Origin: an uncultured Alphaproteobacteria bacterium
GTDB taxonomy: Bacteria; Pseudomonadota; Alphaproteobacteria; ATCC43930; CGMCC-115725
Assembly (NCBI GenBank): GCA_963846635.1
Contig: CAWJXM010000009.1
Span: forward strand, 1,889-65,888
Direction: 5' to 3'
Length of the DNA stretch: 64,000 nt
This document shows positions 41,298 through 49,993 of the stretch, piece after piece; the stretch's first letter is position 1, and each line of letters begins with the position of its first letter. Below the pieces are notes generated by a model, which was given only the letters and a program-made list of their open reading frames with translations, did no database searches and was not told the DNA's origin. Position numbers and translations under genes: made by a program.

Positions 41298-41387
41298 CGA
41301 CAGCCGGGCCGAGACCGCGTTTTTCGCTTGCCCGTACCGGATGGTGTTCCTAACTTGGGCATTGGGAAGAAGCCGCCCGCTTACCAA

Positions 41388-41464
<77 letters not shown>

Positions 41465-41472
41465 TTCATCAA

Positions 41473-41506
41473 GGGCTTAGTCGGACAACCGCCTAGGCCC
41501 TTTTTC
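41473..41506 (+). terminator. rho-independent terminator after tRNA-Ala
   Basis: The stem is GGGCTTAGtCGG / CCGcCTAGGCCC, with a 4-nt loop, one mismatch and one G:U pair. It is followed by TTTTTC. Confidence 0.5.
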
Positions 41507-42417
41507 TTGCCGGAAGCCCTACGGAAGAACCACGCTGGATTTCGGATTCCCGCGGCAAGGGTCGGCCGCGACAGAATGCCACAGCTACCATTCAGTGCTT
41601 TGGCACCTCGGGCGATCCCCTCCGTGCGCCTTGCCAGCCCTCGCGCGCGCGCATCGGGCCGCGGTCGGGTTTCGTCAGGATCTCGGGACCGCCGCTCCCA
41701 GCGCCCATAACTCATTGATACCCCACGCTCCGGGGGGCATTTCCCCCAAGGCCCTCGATGGAACCAGCGCGGCGCGAGGGGGTCCAGCGGGCGCAAAAAG
41801 CCAAATTTAAAAATGAGAATCAATGGGTTAGGGTAATTCGGCGGGCGCATGGCTCCCGGGCTCGCTGACGGGTTCGGGCGAGGGCGGCTAAAAGACTGTC
41901 ATCATTGGCATTTCTGGGCAAACGGTGTCTCACGGCTGGCTTCGGAGCGCGCTGAAAAGGCCGAATAAGTCGGCGGAAACCCGACCCTAACGGGCTGCTC
42001 GGGGCTGGTTCCCGCTAACTCCATTGGGAGCAAATATCTTGCCACGTCGGCAAGAAGGATCGCGGTGAGACGGCAAACAGAGGCATTTCTCGCCCGGCGG
42101 TCGATGGCCCGGCCGAGCCTAACTCGAAACCGACCGACCCTGGTGCGGACCTATAGTGGCCAACGTCGGAAGGCTGCTACCCCAGGTCGATGGTTAGGGT
42201 TGGTGGCAAGCCGTCCTCCCATGCCCCCGAGGCGAGCGGCAGCAAAGCGGCGAGAGCGGCCGTTCACTCTAGTGCGGTCGAACTCGGGCGCGAGAAAGGT
42301 TGCATTCCCTCTCGATAACGCCGACGATCTTCGACAAAACACGTGTAGCTTCAAGTCGGTAACCACGCGCTGCCGTGTCGTGCGGCCAAAAATGTCAGCA
42401 TTAAGGAGGAGGATTTG

Positions 42418-42834
42418 ATGGCTCGAACATTCGTGGCACTCGGCCTGTTTTTGGCGACTTCGATCGGCTTTGCCGGTCCCGCACCGGCCCAGTACAACGT
42501 CCAGTACAATCCTCAGTACAACAATCCTCAATACAATCCCCAGCCCCAGTACAACAGCCCGGGACCCTACCAAGGTTACCAAGGCAACCAAGGCTATCCG
42601 GGCGGCTACCAAGGCGGTTACCAAGGCAACCAAGGCTATCCGGGCGGCTACCAAGGCAACCAGACCGGATGCCCCTATGGTCAGCAATTCGATCCCCGAC
42701 AGAACCGTTGCGTTACGGCGGCGGCCGCGATGCCGTCATGCCCGAGTGGGCAGCAATTCGACCAGAGCCAGAACCGCTGCGTCTATGCGCTGCCGGGCGG
42801 AGTGACGGTGCCGGGGCAGCTCCTCGGAAGGTGA
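42418..42834 (+). CDS. secreted Q/N/Y/G-rich repeat protein with two C-terminal CP.GQQFD..QNRCV motifs
   Basis: aaggaggagg lies upstream of the ATG. The signal peptide is MARTFVALGLFLATSIGFAGPAPA. QYN and GYQGNQGYPGG repeats follow. There are four Cys in two repeated motifs. Confidence 0.6.
   Translation: MARTFVALGLFLATSIGFAGPAPAQYNVQYNPQYNNPQYNPQPQYNSPGPYQGYQGNQGYPGGYQGGYQGNQGYPGGYQGNQTGCPYGQQFDPRQNRCVTAAAAMPSCPSGQQFDQSQNRCVYALPGGVTVPGQLLGR
42574..42657 (+). repeat. perfect 2 x 42-nt in-frame tandem duplication inside the repeat protein gene
   Basis: The unit ggttaccaaggcaaccaaggctatccgggcggctaccaaggc occurs at 42574-42615 and 42616-42657. It encodes GYQGNQGYPGGYQG twice. Confidence 0.9.
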
Positions 42835-43237
42835 CGCGCTAGCGGTCCTCATCTGTTCGTAAGTCGTGGCGGATAAGAGCGGGGTGAGCCGATCGTAAAG
42901 CAGGCACGCGGCCGCGTTGTCCTCCCTCCGGCTCTAATGGATGACAAAAAAAATCGTGCTCGGGCAGGGTGCGACGCGTCCTTGGGCCGATAGAAGGGCG
43001 CATAGGTTGGCGCATCGCTCTGACCAAAGACCTCCGGGCTTCGCATCTGAGAGGATGACCGCAATGGGCAAATCCAGCCGTTGGATCGCGGTACTGACAA
43101 CGGCAGCGCAGGATCGACAGCGACGTTTAGTCGAGCGCTCGGTGGAGGCCTAGGGCACAGGCCCAAGCAGGCCCGTTGCAATCCTATCATAGAACGTTTA
43201 GAGAACAGTTGAAGGACAATCGAGCCGGGGACGCGCC

Positions 43238-43528
43238 ATGTTCTTCACCTTTCCCGAGGATGCCAGGTGGAATACGGAGCGGCAAGCCGTGGAGTTCGGT
43301 GTTGCCATCGGCGATTACGAAGGTGTGGTCCGGGTTCCCAGGCGGGTATTCCAACGCCTGGTGCCGGAGATCCCTACCCCCGAGCGGTGCCTCGAAGCCT
43401 ATCACCTACAGCGAACCCGTTTCGAGCGGATCGCCGAGCGGAAGCTCCGTCGCCGGCAATTGACCGAAGACGGCAACATCGAGATTACCGGGCGGGACTT
43501 GCGAGAAAGATCGCAGGCTGCCTTCTGA
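43238..43528 (+). CDS. DUF1488-family protein, island-borne paralog
   Basis: ARWNTERQAVEFGVAIGDYEGVVRVPRRVFQRLV...CLEAY...FERIAERKL is colinear with 19415-19708. Confidence 0.6.
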   Translation: MFFTFPEDARWNTERQAVEFGVAIGDYEGVVRVPRRVFQRLVPEIPTPERCLEAYHLQRTRFERIAERKLRRRQLTEDGNIEITGRDLRERSQAAF

Positions 43529-43822
43529 AGCGCGACACAGCGGAGCACGGCGGTCACTGCCCGCGGCAACGTGCCTTATTATATCGTTCCGATATAGTCA
43601 GCACCCAGAGCTGGGCGACTGCTGGGGTCTTTGCACGAGAATAGGGTTTTCGACACAATTTCTCGGCGATCCTTAGTTCTGCACACAAACTCGGAGGGGA
43701 GTTACCGGGTTTCCGAGGACTGGCGAGTTGGCTGAGACGGGTAGCCCTCATGGATAGTCCATGGATGATCCGCGCGACCTCGCCTCACCCGCGCAGATCC
43801 GTTCCTACACCACCGCAGTCGC

Positions 43823-44245
43823 TTACTTGGGCACCCGCAAGGCGATTTGGGACACCAGCAGCCATTGGCCGCCGCGCTTTTCGAAAATCATCGCGTCGTA
43901 GGTGGGCGCGGTGAATGTTTGGCCCGTCTTGGTTTTGATCACGGCCTCCTCGATGCCCGTCGCCCAAGCCACATCGCCTCTTACTTGAATATAAGGCCCA
44001 GCTATCTCGGTGACCTTCAGTTCCGAATTGTGTCCAAAAGTGTTTTCCCAATCCTTCTTGACGGCATCCCAGCCAACGGAAATGCTTTTGTCTCGCGGCT
44101 GGATCGATATCACATCGGCATCGTGCGCCCACAACGGTTCCATTTTTGATACGTCGAGAGATCCGAGGGCAGCATGGAACGCATTGATGGTGGCTTTGAT
44201 ATCGGCTTCCTGCGCGGAGCCCTTTCCGTTGCCAGCAAGCAGCAC
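43823..44245 (-). CDS. SnoaL/NTF2-like (DUF4440-like) protein, probably secreted
   Basis: INAFHAALGSLDVSKMEPLWAHDADVISIQP...IFEKRGGQWLLVSQ is typical of the NTF2-like fold. The in-frame upstream residues RRSITLIARTLLFAAVVLLAG look like a signal peptide but lack a start codon, so the 5' end is unresolved. Confidence 0.5.
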   Translation of the reverse strand: MLLAGNGKGSAQEADIKATINAFHAALGSLDVSKMEPLWAHDADVISIQPRDKSISVGWDAVKKDWENTFGHNSELKVTEIAGPYIQVRGDVAWATGIEEAVIKTKTGQTFTAPTYDAMIFEKRGGQWLLVSQIALRVPK

Positions 44246-44939
44246 GACGGCAGCAAACAGCAGCGTGCGCGCGATCAGTGTGATTGACCTGCGATTTATG
44301 GCGTTCCCTTTTGACTTTCGATTGGGGAAGATTTCCCTCCGCGGGATTACAGAGGATCTAAACTACAATCAAGAGAAATCGTTCCAGTTTTGGCGGTGTT
44401 GTCTGTCGATCTTCCGGGTGCGAGGGCGCGCTGTTGCCCGGCATACCGAACCTCGTTCCGCTATAGTTAATGTGCAAGAATTCGTCATTTCTGTGCACGA
44501 TGCATTTCTCGTGCAAAGCCGGTGCTGGGGGGTCAATGCCCACCAAAGACATTCTCTTCGGCATGGGCATCCTGACTTTGGGTGGCCTCATTATGACGGC
44601 GTTTGGCCTCACTTGCATCGAGCGGCAAATGCCGGAATGCCGTTGTGCATCGGCGTGATGGGTGTCGGGACGGCTCTGGTGCTGGCCGGGCTGTAGGTGA
44701 GCGGTGGCCGCACTGAGGCTGGGGAATTGCTCTGCGGAGTCGAATAACCGTGTGGTCGGCGGCTGTCGTTAAGAAACCCTAATCCCTAATAATAGATTAG
44801 ATAAGATAAGACTTCGGGGGGTTATTCCGGGACGGAGCCGGAGGCTGCTCCGTTTCCAGCGGCCAAGCGGCCGCGTTAGCACATGCCGCCGCGATCGTCT
44901 TGTGGGGCGCCGAGGTCGAAAACTGTGTACCCGTCTGGG

Positions 44940-45196
44940 TCAGCTGTGTTTATGAGTGTACAGATGTTGGTACTCTTGGTTAGTGACGCACTGACCCTCG
45001 TGATATACATTCAGCCGATCGTAATAGGCCGGCAACCAGACACGTCCCTGCGGGCAGGCCAACCCCCCGGGCTGCTGTGCGGGTTGCGCAACTGCCGGGG
45101 GGGGGTCACGGGAGGTCGTGTGGATTGCGCGTTTGCGGGACCGACGAGGGCTGCGGCACCGATCGCGGTGATTACCGCCAATACGAGCATACGCAT
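44940..45196 (-). pseudogene. small secreted Cys-containing protein interrupted at a poly-G(9) tract
   Basis: MRMLVLAVITAIGAAALVGPANA-QSTRPPVTPP lies in one frame. PAVAQPAQQPGGLACPQGRVWLPAYYDRLNVYHEGQCVTNQEYQHLYTHKHS lies in another. The two are joined at the G9 run 45097-45105. Confidence 0.45.
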
Positions 45197-45950
45197 TTCG
45201 TGCTCCTGCCTTTGCGAGCAATGCAACCAACAATGGTCTCAGCTCTTCAGTAGCGCGCCACCGGATGCAACATCAGTGAAATCGGGTTAACTGCGATGAA
45301 GCGTTGTCATGCAGCTCCGGTCGTTCGCACGCTCGTGCGTGCATGACGACGGCCGGGCCGGGAGTTTTCGCGATATGACCGAAAGTGACCCGCAAAATCG
45401 ACGATCCTGGTTATGCTTCGCGTCACCAGCTACGCCCGCCGCGGTGCCCGTACCGCCTCGATCGCGAGCCTGATCCGCGCCCACACCTGCCACCCCTCGC
45501 TGTCGCGCGGTCACGCAGAAGGTCGGCGACGTAGGCATTGCAAGTACAGGGTTAGGCGAGCCCAACCTCGTTACCATGTCGTGGTCAGAGATCACCGCAC
45601 TGGAAGCTCGGATCGTCGAGGCGGAAGACCACGAAGTAGACCTGAAGGAACGCATCCGGGAACTGGAACGGCGCGTGGCGAAGTTGGAGTAAGCCGTCGA
45701 GTTCCTGCTGAAGGAAGATGACGAATTCGAGAGCGAGGATGGGGACGAGTTCGAGTTCTCCGAGGAACTCCCCGAGGAGGAATAATCTCATCGAAGATGG
45801 GCCGGCACTTAGTCGGCCCCGCTCTCCGTCCTATATTAAGGACGGGTTTGGAACGGCAATTCCTACCCGGAGATGACGGTTTCTTGCGCCGATCCGTGTA
45901 GGCAGCTACTCGGCACGGATGGGAGCGGTTGTCCATGTGGAAGTTGCGGG

Positions 45951-46652
45951 ATGGGGTTCTGGCATTTTTTTCGCAACTATATATACGCCGGAATTGCCCT
46001 AGTTCTCGGCGCGGTTATCAGTGCTGGTAGCCTTCTCTTGCACGGGTATGCACTTCACGAAATGGGATTGCCGGTCGATGCGTGGGTGGCGATCGGGTTG
46101 TTTATTTTCTTCTCTGGTGTAATCGGCGTTCTCTATCAGGCCTTAGCGGGTCCGAACACCGGCAGTACGACGCTACGAACATCAAACCGTTTCCCGGCGC
46201 ATGAAATCGAACCGCGCTCTGCGTCGAAAATCCTCGCGCCACTGGATATTTGGCTTGAAACAACCGAAGCTCCACAAATTCATTACAAGCGAAAGTTAAG
46301 GATTGTTGTACAAAATATAAGTGGGAAAAACGTTCTTGCGCGAGCTGGGGTATGGGAGCGGAGGGGTGGCACCGACATACAAATCCGCCCATTGGAGCGT
46401 CATTTATGGCAAGTCGAGGGACCCAGCGGGTGGGACAGCGAGAGCTGGGGACCCGGTGAACGTGAAGAGGTGTTAGTTCGTCCTGGTGGAGTGCTACGCA
46501 CTTGGATTGGCTTACATGACGGAGCCACTGACCATGAGGTCCGTCGAAGATTGGTCCAGGGTACTGTTGGAATTCTTACCATTCCTTTGGTCGTCGATGG
46601 ACAACCGACCCAACAGAAGCTCACCTTCGGCCCCATTTCCACTCAACCTTAG
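45951..46652 (+). CDS. hypothetical membrane-anchored protein (2 TM plus ~150-aa C-terminal domain)
   Basis: ATG 45951 gives MGFWHFFRNYIYAGIALVLGAVISAGSLLL and a second TM segment. I recognise no family. The region is AT-richer than the core by eye. Confidence 0.5.
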   Translation: MGFWHFFRNYIYAGIALVLGAVISAGSLLLHGYALHEMGLPVDAWVAIGLFIFFSGVIGVLYQALAGPNTGSTTLRTSNRFPAHEIEPRSASKILAPLDIWLETTEAPQIHYKRKLRIVVQNISGKNVLARAGVWERRGGTDIQIRPLERHLWQVEGPSGWDSESWGPGEREEVLVRPGGVLRTWIGLHDGATDHEVRRRLVQGTVGILTIPLVVDGQPTQQKLTFGPISTQP

Positions 46653-46714
46653 AGCCAGGAAGGGCGCGCGAGGGCGCCCCTCCCCGAAGCGGCGACGCTC
46701 ACGATCTCACCGCG

Positions 46715-46951
46715 ATGCACCTTGACCTAACCGACGAAGAGGCCCGCGCGCTCGCCCACCATCTCCGCGACGCGCTCGATTACGCCCGCGACCCGTTCGC
46801 CCCGCGGCTCGATCCGTTGAAGTCGATCCTTGCTAAGCTCGATCCTCCGGCGCCGCGGCCCGAACCGTTGCCGCCGCTGTCGGCCGGCATGGGCCGAGCG
46901 TCAGGCGTGCAGGGAGAAAGTAATCGCGTTGGCCGTACCGGCCGAAATTAA
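46715..46951 (+). CDS. small conserved hypothetical protein
   Basis: MHLDLTDEEARALAHHLRDALDYARDPFAPRLDPLKSILAKL resembles small ORFs I recall from rhizobial accessory DNA. It ends 20 nt before the next gene. Confidence 0.4.
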   Translation: MHLDLTDEEARALAHHLRDALDYARDPFAPRLDPLKSILAKLDPPAPRPEPLPPLSAGMGRASGVQGESNRVGRTGRN

Positions 46952-46971
46952 GGAAGTTTGGGAAGCGGGAC

Positions 46972-47877
46972 ATGGAAAAAGCGCCTTGTGGGATTTGCCG
47001 TAATGATCAAGCGGAATGTGAACTCACTGAGAAGCTGGTGAATTGGCGATGCCTGCGGTGCGGACAATTTTGCTACGACAAGGTAGACGGCCCACCAATC
47101 CTCGGTTCAACTGACGACGTGGTACGATTGTCTGGATGGGTTCGTGATCAGAACGATGCAGGAATAGTACCCGTTCACCTAAGTACAGAAACAATAGGAC
47201 GCGTAACAAATATGAGGTTGCCACGTCTTCCTGAGCGCGCAACTCGGCTTCTCGTTACACTAGCGCATCATTTCCCGACAGGAAACACCTTCTTTACTAT
47301 ACCGCCTACAAATCCTGAACTAGAGGGTCCCTCATATTCTCGTAATAAGGAGGAACTTTTGCTCTTACTCAATATTCTCGAAGAAAATGGTTTAGTACAA
47401 TCAATTAATGAAGCTTTTTCAATATCGGCTCGGGGGTTGGTGCGTGCTGAAGAACTTGGAGCTAGTGGATCGGGCTCACAAGGATTTGTTGCAATGTGGT
47501 TCGATGACAGTATGAACGACGCTTGGTTAAATGGATTTGAAGCTGGGATACGAGAAGCTGGATATTTCCCACGTCGGATCGACAGCAAAGATTATATCGG
47601 CGGGGTCTCCGATGAGATAATGGCAGAAATTCGCCGCTCGCTCTTTGTTGTGGCAGATTATACAGGTCAACGGAATGGCGTTTATTTTGAGGCAGGCTTT
47701 GCGGTGGGGCTTGGCCTTACGATTATTCCGACATGCCGATCCGATCAAATCGACAACCTCCATTTCGACATTAGGCACCTCAACACGCTAGTTTGGAACA
47801 CACCCGCAGAGTTGGCTGACAAACTCAACAAGCGAATAAGGGCTGTAATTGGAGCCGGACCCGACGCTACGGACTAG
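46972..47877 (+). CDS. Zn-ribbon + winged-helix + nucleoside 2-deoxyribosyltransferase-like (TIR-like Rossmannoid) domain protein
   Basis: CxxC pairs occur at aa 6-9 and 27-30. The middle segment is LLLLLNILEENGLVQSINEAFSISARGLVRAEELG. The C-terminal pattern FVAMWF...RRID...SDEIMAEIRRSLFVVADYTGQRNGVYFEAGFAVGLGLTIIP fits the Nuc_deoxyri_tr2-type signature, with Glu240 as the candidate catalytic residue. The gene is markedly AT-rich. Confidence 0.6.
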   Translation: MEKAPCGICRNDQAECELTEKLVNWRCLRCGQFCYDKVDGPPILGSTDDVVRLSGWVRDQNDAGIVPVHLSTETIGRVTNMRLPRLPERATRLLVTLAHHFPTGNTFFTIPPTNPELEGPSYSRNKEELLLLLNILEENGLVQSINEAFSISARGLVRAEELGASGSGSQGFVAMWFDDSMNDAWLNGFEAGIREAGYFPRRIDSKDYIGGVSDEIMAEIRRSLFVVADYTGQRNGVYFEAGFAVGLGLTIIPTCRSDQIDNLHFDIRHLNTLVWNTPAELADKLNKRIRAVIGAGPDATD

Positions 47878-47986
47878 CCCCGGTGAATGCCTACCACGGC
47901 CCGCCAATGACGCTCGGCAACGCCGCTGCGGCCGGTGCGGTAGCCGCCACGATGGTATGGCGGTAATCGGGACGAAATGGTCGGGC

Positions 47987-48184
47987 TTACCGCTTCAATC
48001 TGCGGGTTTGCAGCATCAGCTCTCGGTGACGGATTTCAACTGCCCCAACCTCGACATCTTCGGCGATTTCCTCGAAATCCCGCGCCGCTCGCTGCAGGAT
48101 TTCTCTCACCTTCGGTTGATGGGCCATTCCAGCCAGCCGGCGGGCTCGCTGAGCCATCCCACGGAAATCATCGGGCCGCTCCAT
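47987..48184 (-). CDS. small hypothetical protein
   Basis: 65-aa ORF with helical, charged composition. I recognise no family. Confidence 0.3.
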   Translation of the reverse strand: MERPDDFRGMAQRARRLAGMAHQPKVREILQRAARDFEEIAEDVEVGAVEIRHRELMLQTRRLKR

Positions 48185-48352
48185 GTAAGAGCAACGCCTG
48201 GACGGTCGAAATCGCTCCCCTCACGAGGTGATTTGAACTATTTTATTAAACCGCGTCCAATTCGGAAGCCATAGTTCCGCCCTTTGACCGCGCCTTTAAA
48301 AGCCTTGCGTGAGCCTCGGGAGCAGGGATACGGGTCTTAATCAGGCTGCGGT

Positions 48353-48745
48353 TTAGTCGATGCCGAGCAGTGCCTTGGCCTCGTCCCCCGAGACGTATCT
48401 ACCGCCAGGATATTCCTGTAAGGTTTGGTAGGTGTGCGGCCGCCCCCCGAGCCAGGCAAAGTATTCCTCTGCGTTCAGCACCTGAACCTTCAGATCAAGT
48501 CCGTGTGCCAACATGACTTTGGCAATCTCGGCGTTGGTACGCTGCCTGTGCTCGAAGTCGGTACCTTCTTCGGGCAGCCTCATCGCATGGAATGACCCCT
48601 CGTCGGCGTAGTAGGTCAACGTAATCTCCTCTACGCCGTCGGCGATTAGCCGGCGGGCCATGTTGCGAGCGCGCGCTCTGTTCTTCTTGAGCGCTGTCTG
48701 TCTTTGCTTGTCCGATAACATCAGCAACCCGCGCCATAGCTCCAA
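48353..48745 (-). CDS. hypothetical protein
   Basis: 130-aa ORF with balanced, protein-like composition (…EITLTYYADEGSFHAMRLPEEGTDFEHRQRT…). The start may be the internal ATG at 48721. Confidence 0.45.
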   Translation of the reverse strand: MELWRGLLMLSDKQRQTALKKNRARARNMARRLIADGVEEITLTYYADEGSFHAMRLPEEGTDFEHRQRTNAEIAKVMLAHGLDLKVQVLNAEEYFAWLGGRPHTYQTLQEYPGGRYVSGDEAKALLGID

Positions 48746-49249
48746 AGTACCGGTCTTCGCCGCGCTCCACTACCGACCAGTAGGAAATGTCGGCAGCGAC
48801 AATCATCCTTCCGAAGAGCTGTTCCCTGACACCCCTCGGTGAGGGAGGACACCTCCTACTCCAGCAAAAAGCATGCTCCTCCCCATTTTCAAGCCCAGAG
48901 GCGCAGACCATGCCCGGAAACTACACCTCTCAAACTGGACGCGGGTTAGCTTGCTTCTGGATATTGCCCCAAAAATGTCACAGAACATCGTTAAGCAGGC
49001 AGCAAACTGAGAATTGGCCGCACAAAAAAGCCCGGCCTCGCGACCGAGCAGAAGAACGACCGGGGCGGGGAGACGGGAAGCCTCGGTCGAAGTTTGGTTT
49101 AGAGCGCAAACGCAGCCCTATACGGGGAGGTTCCGCTCCGCGACAAAACTGGTCGGGACGAGTTGAAACAGGGGGACAGATTACCGCGCTACCGGCCCGA
49201 CAATTCTCTTGCCGAATGACCGCCTGCACAGCCTCGCTGTCATCCGCGG

Positions 49250-49426
49250 TCACCGTTCCGACGCCGCGGCGAAGCGAACCGCACCGGCCTGCCGAGCCTG
49301 CCAAAGCGCCGCATACGTCTTGGCGATTTCCAATGACGTGACGACGTTCAGATCCTCGCTGTTCCAGGCCGCACTCGCTGAGAGATTGTAGCTGCCCGTG
49401 ATCGTCATGCGGAGGTCGATGATCAC
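49250..49426 (-). pseudogene. remnant of a PLD/Nuc-family nuclease (C-terminal part only)
   Basis: The 58-codon ORF is not in the track. VIIDLRMTITGSYNLSASAAWNSEDLNVV resembles the region after the HKD motif (..IID....TGS.N.S.SA...N.E). A stop codon lies immediately upstream. Confidence 0.3.
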
Positions 49427-49993
49427 TCACGGTGCGCAGCCGGGAGGGGGTGGATGTGGTTTCACCGGGACCGAGCGGCGGTAGGCGGGCGGTCTATCGT
49501 GTTATGACTCGGCGCCCGCGGAGAGAATTAGCGCGGGGTCAACCCGCAACGTGCAGCTTGCGGCGATCTGGCGGCGGGCCTTCTCGATATCAGTCTCTCG
49601 CCAAACCGGACCGAGCCGATGCAACCGATAGCCCATTCTGGCGATCAACCGTGCCGGCTTCTGCGGCACAAAAAGAGTGGCCGAGGCAGGACCTCGGCCT
49701 AGTTTTTGCGGGTGGCAAAAGCCCGCACAGGGAGACTTTGCCACACTAGCATATGGGGAGCCGGCACCTTGCCGGTTAGTTCCGGTTGCAACCGAGCGGT
49801 GCTAATGGCTCCGGGCAGGGAGAGCAGGTTCTGCGGCAGGTGCGACCCGATCTAGTGGTGCTGGATTACCAGCTCATTGGCGGTGTCGGGCTCGAAGCTG
49901 CGAAAATCGCTTCGGAAAAGAACGTGCCGGTGATCGTGACTTCCGGTCATCGGAATATATTCGAGCGCGTGAAGAAGGCCGGTTATTTCTTTC

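Noticed and set aside
42470-42690. Repetitive DNA that might have been a CRISPR or non-coding tandem array, plus the antisense 178-aa ORF 42151-42687
   Set aside because: The repeat units are multiples of 3 and in frame with a signal-peptide-bearing ORF that has a strong RBS. There are no spacer-like unique segments. The antisense ORF is a mirror of the repeats.
44883-45290. 135-aa plus-strand ORF
   Set aside because: It is antisense to the small secreted-protein gene, whose signal peptide and Cys-containing C-terminus are more protein-like. It has no RBS or recognisable motif.
45585-45791. 68-aa minus-strand ORF
   Set aside because: It is the mirror image of the plus-strand coiled-coil/acidic ORF. 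Its Leu/Phe-rich sequence is what antisense translation of Glu/Lys-rich codons produces.
47880-47960. Short PPMTLGN... reading that resembles the start of a small protein common in rhizobial accessory DNA
   Set aside because: Only about five residues match what I remember, and it terminates after ~25 codons. This is too weak to call even as a remnant.
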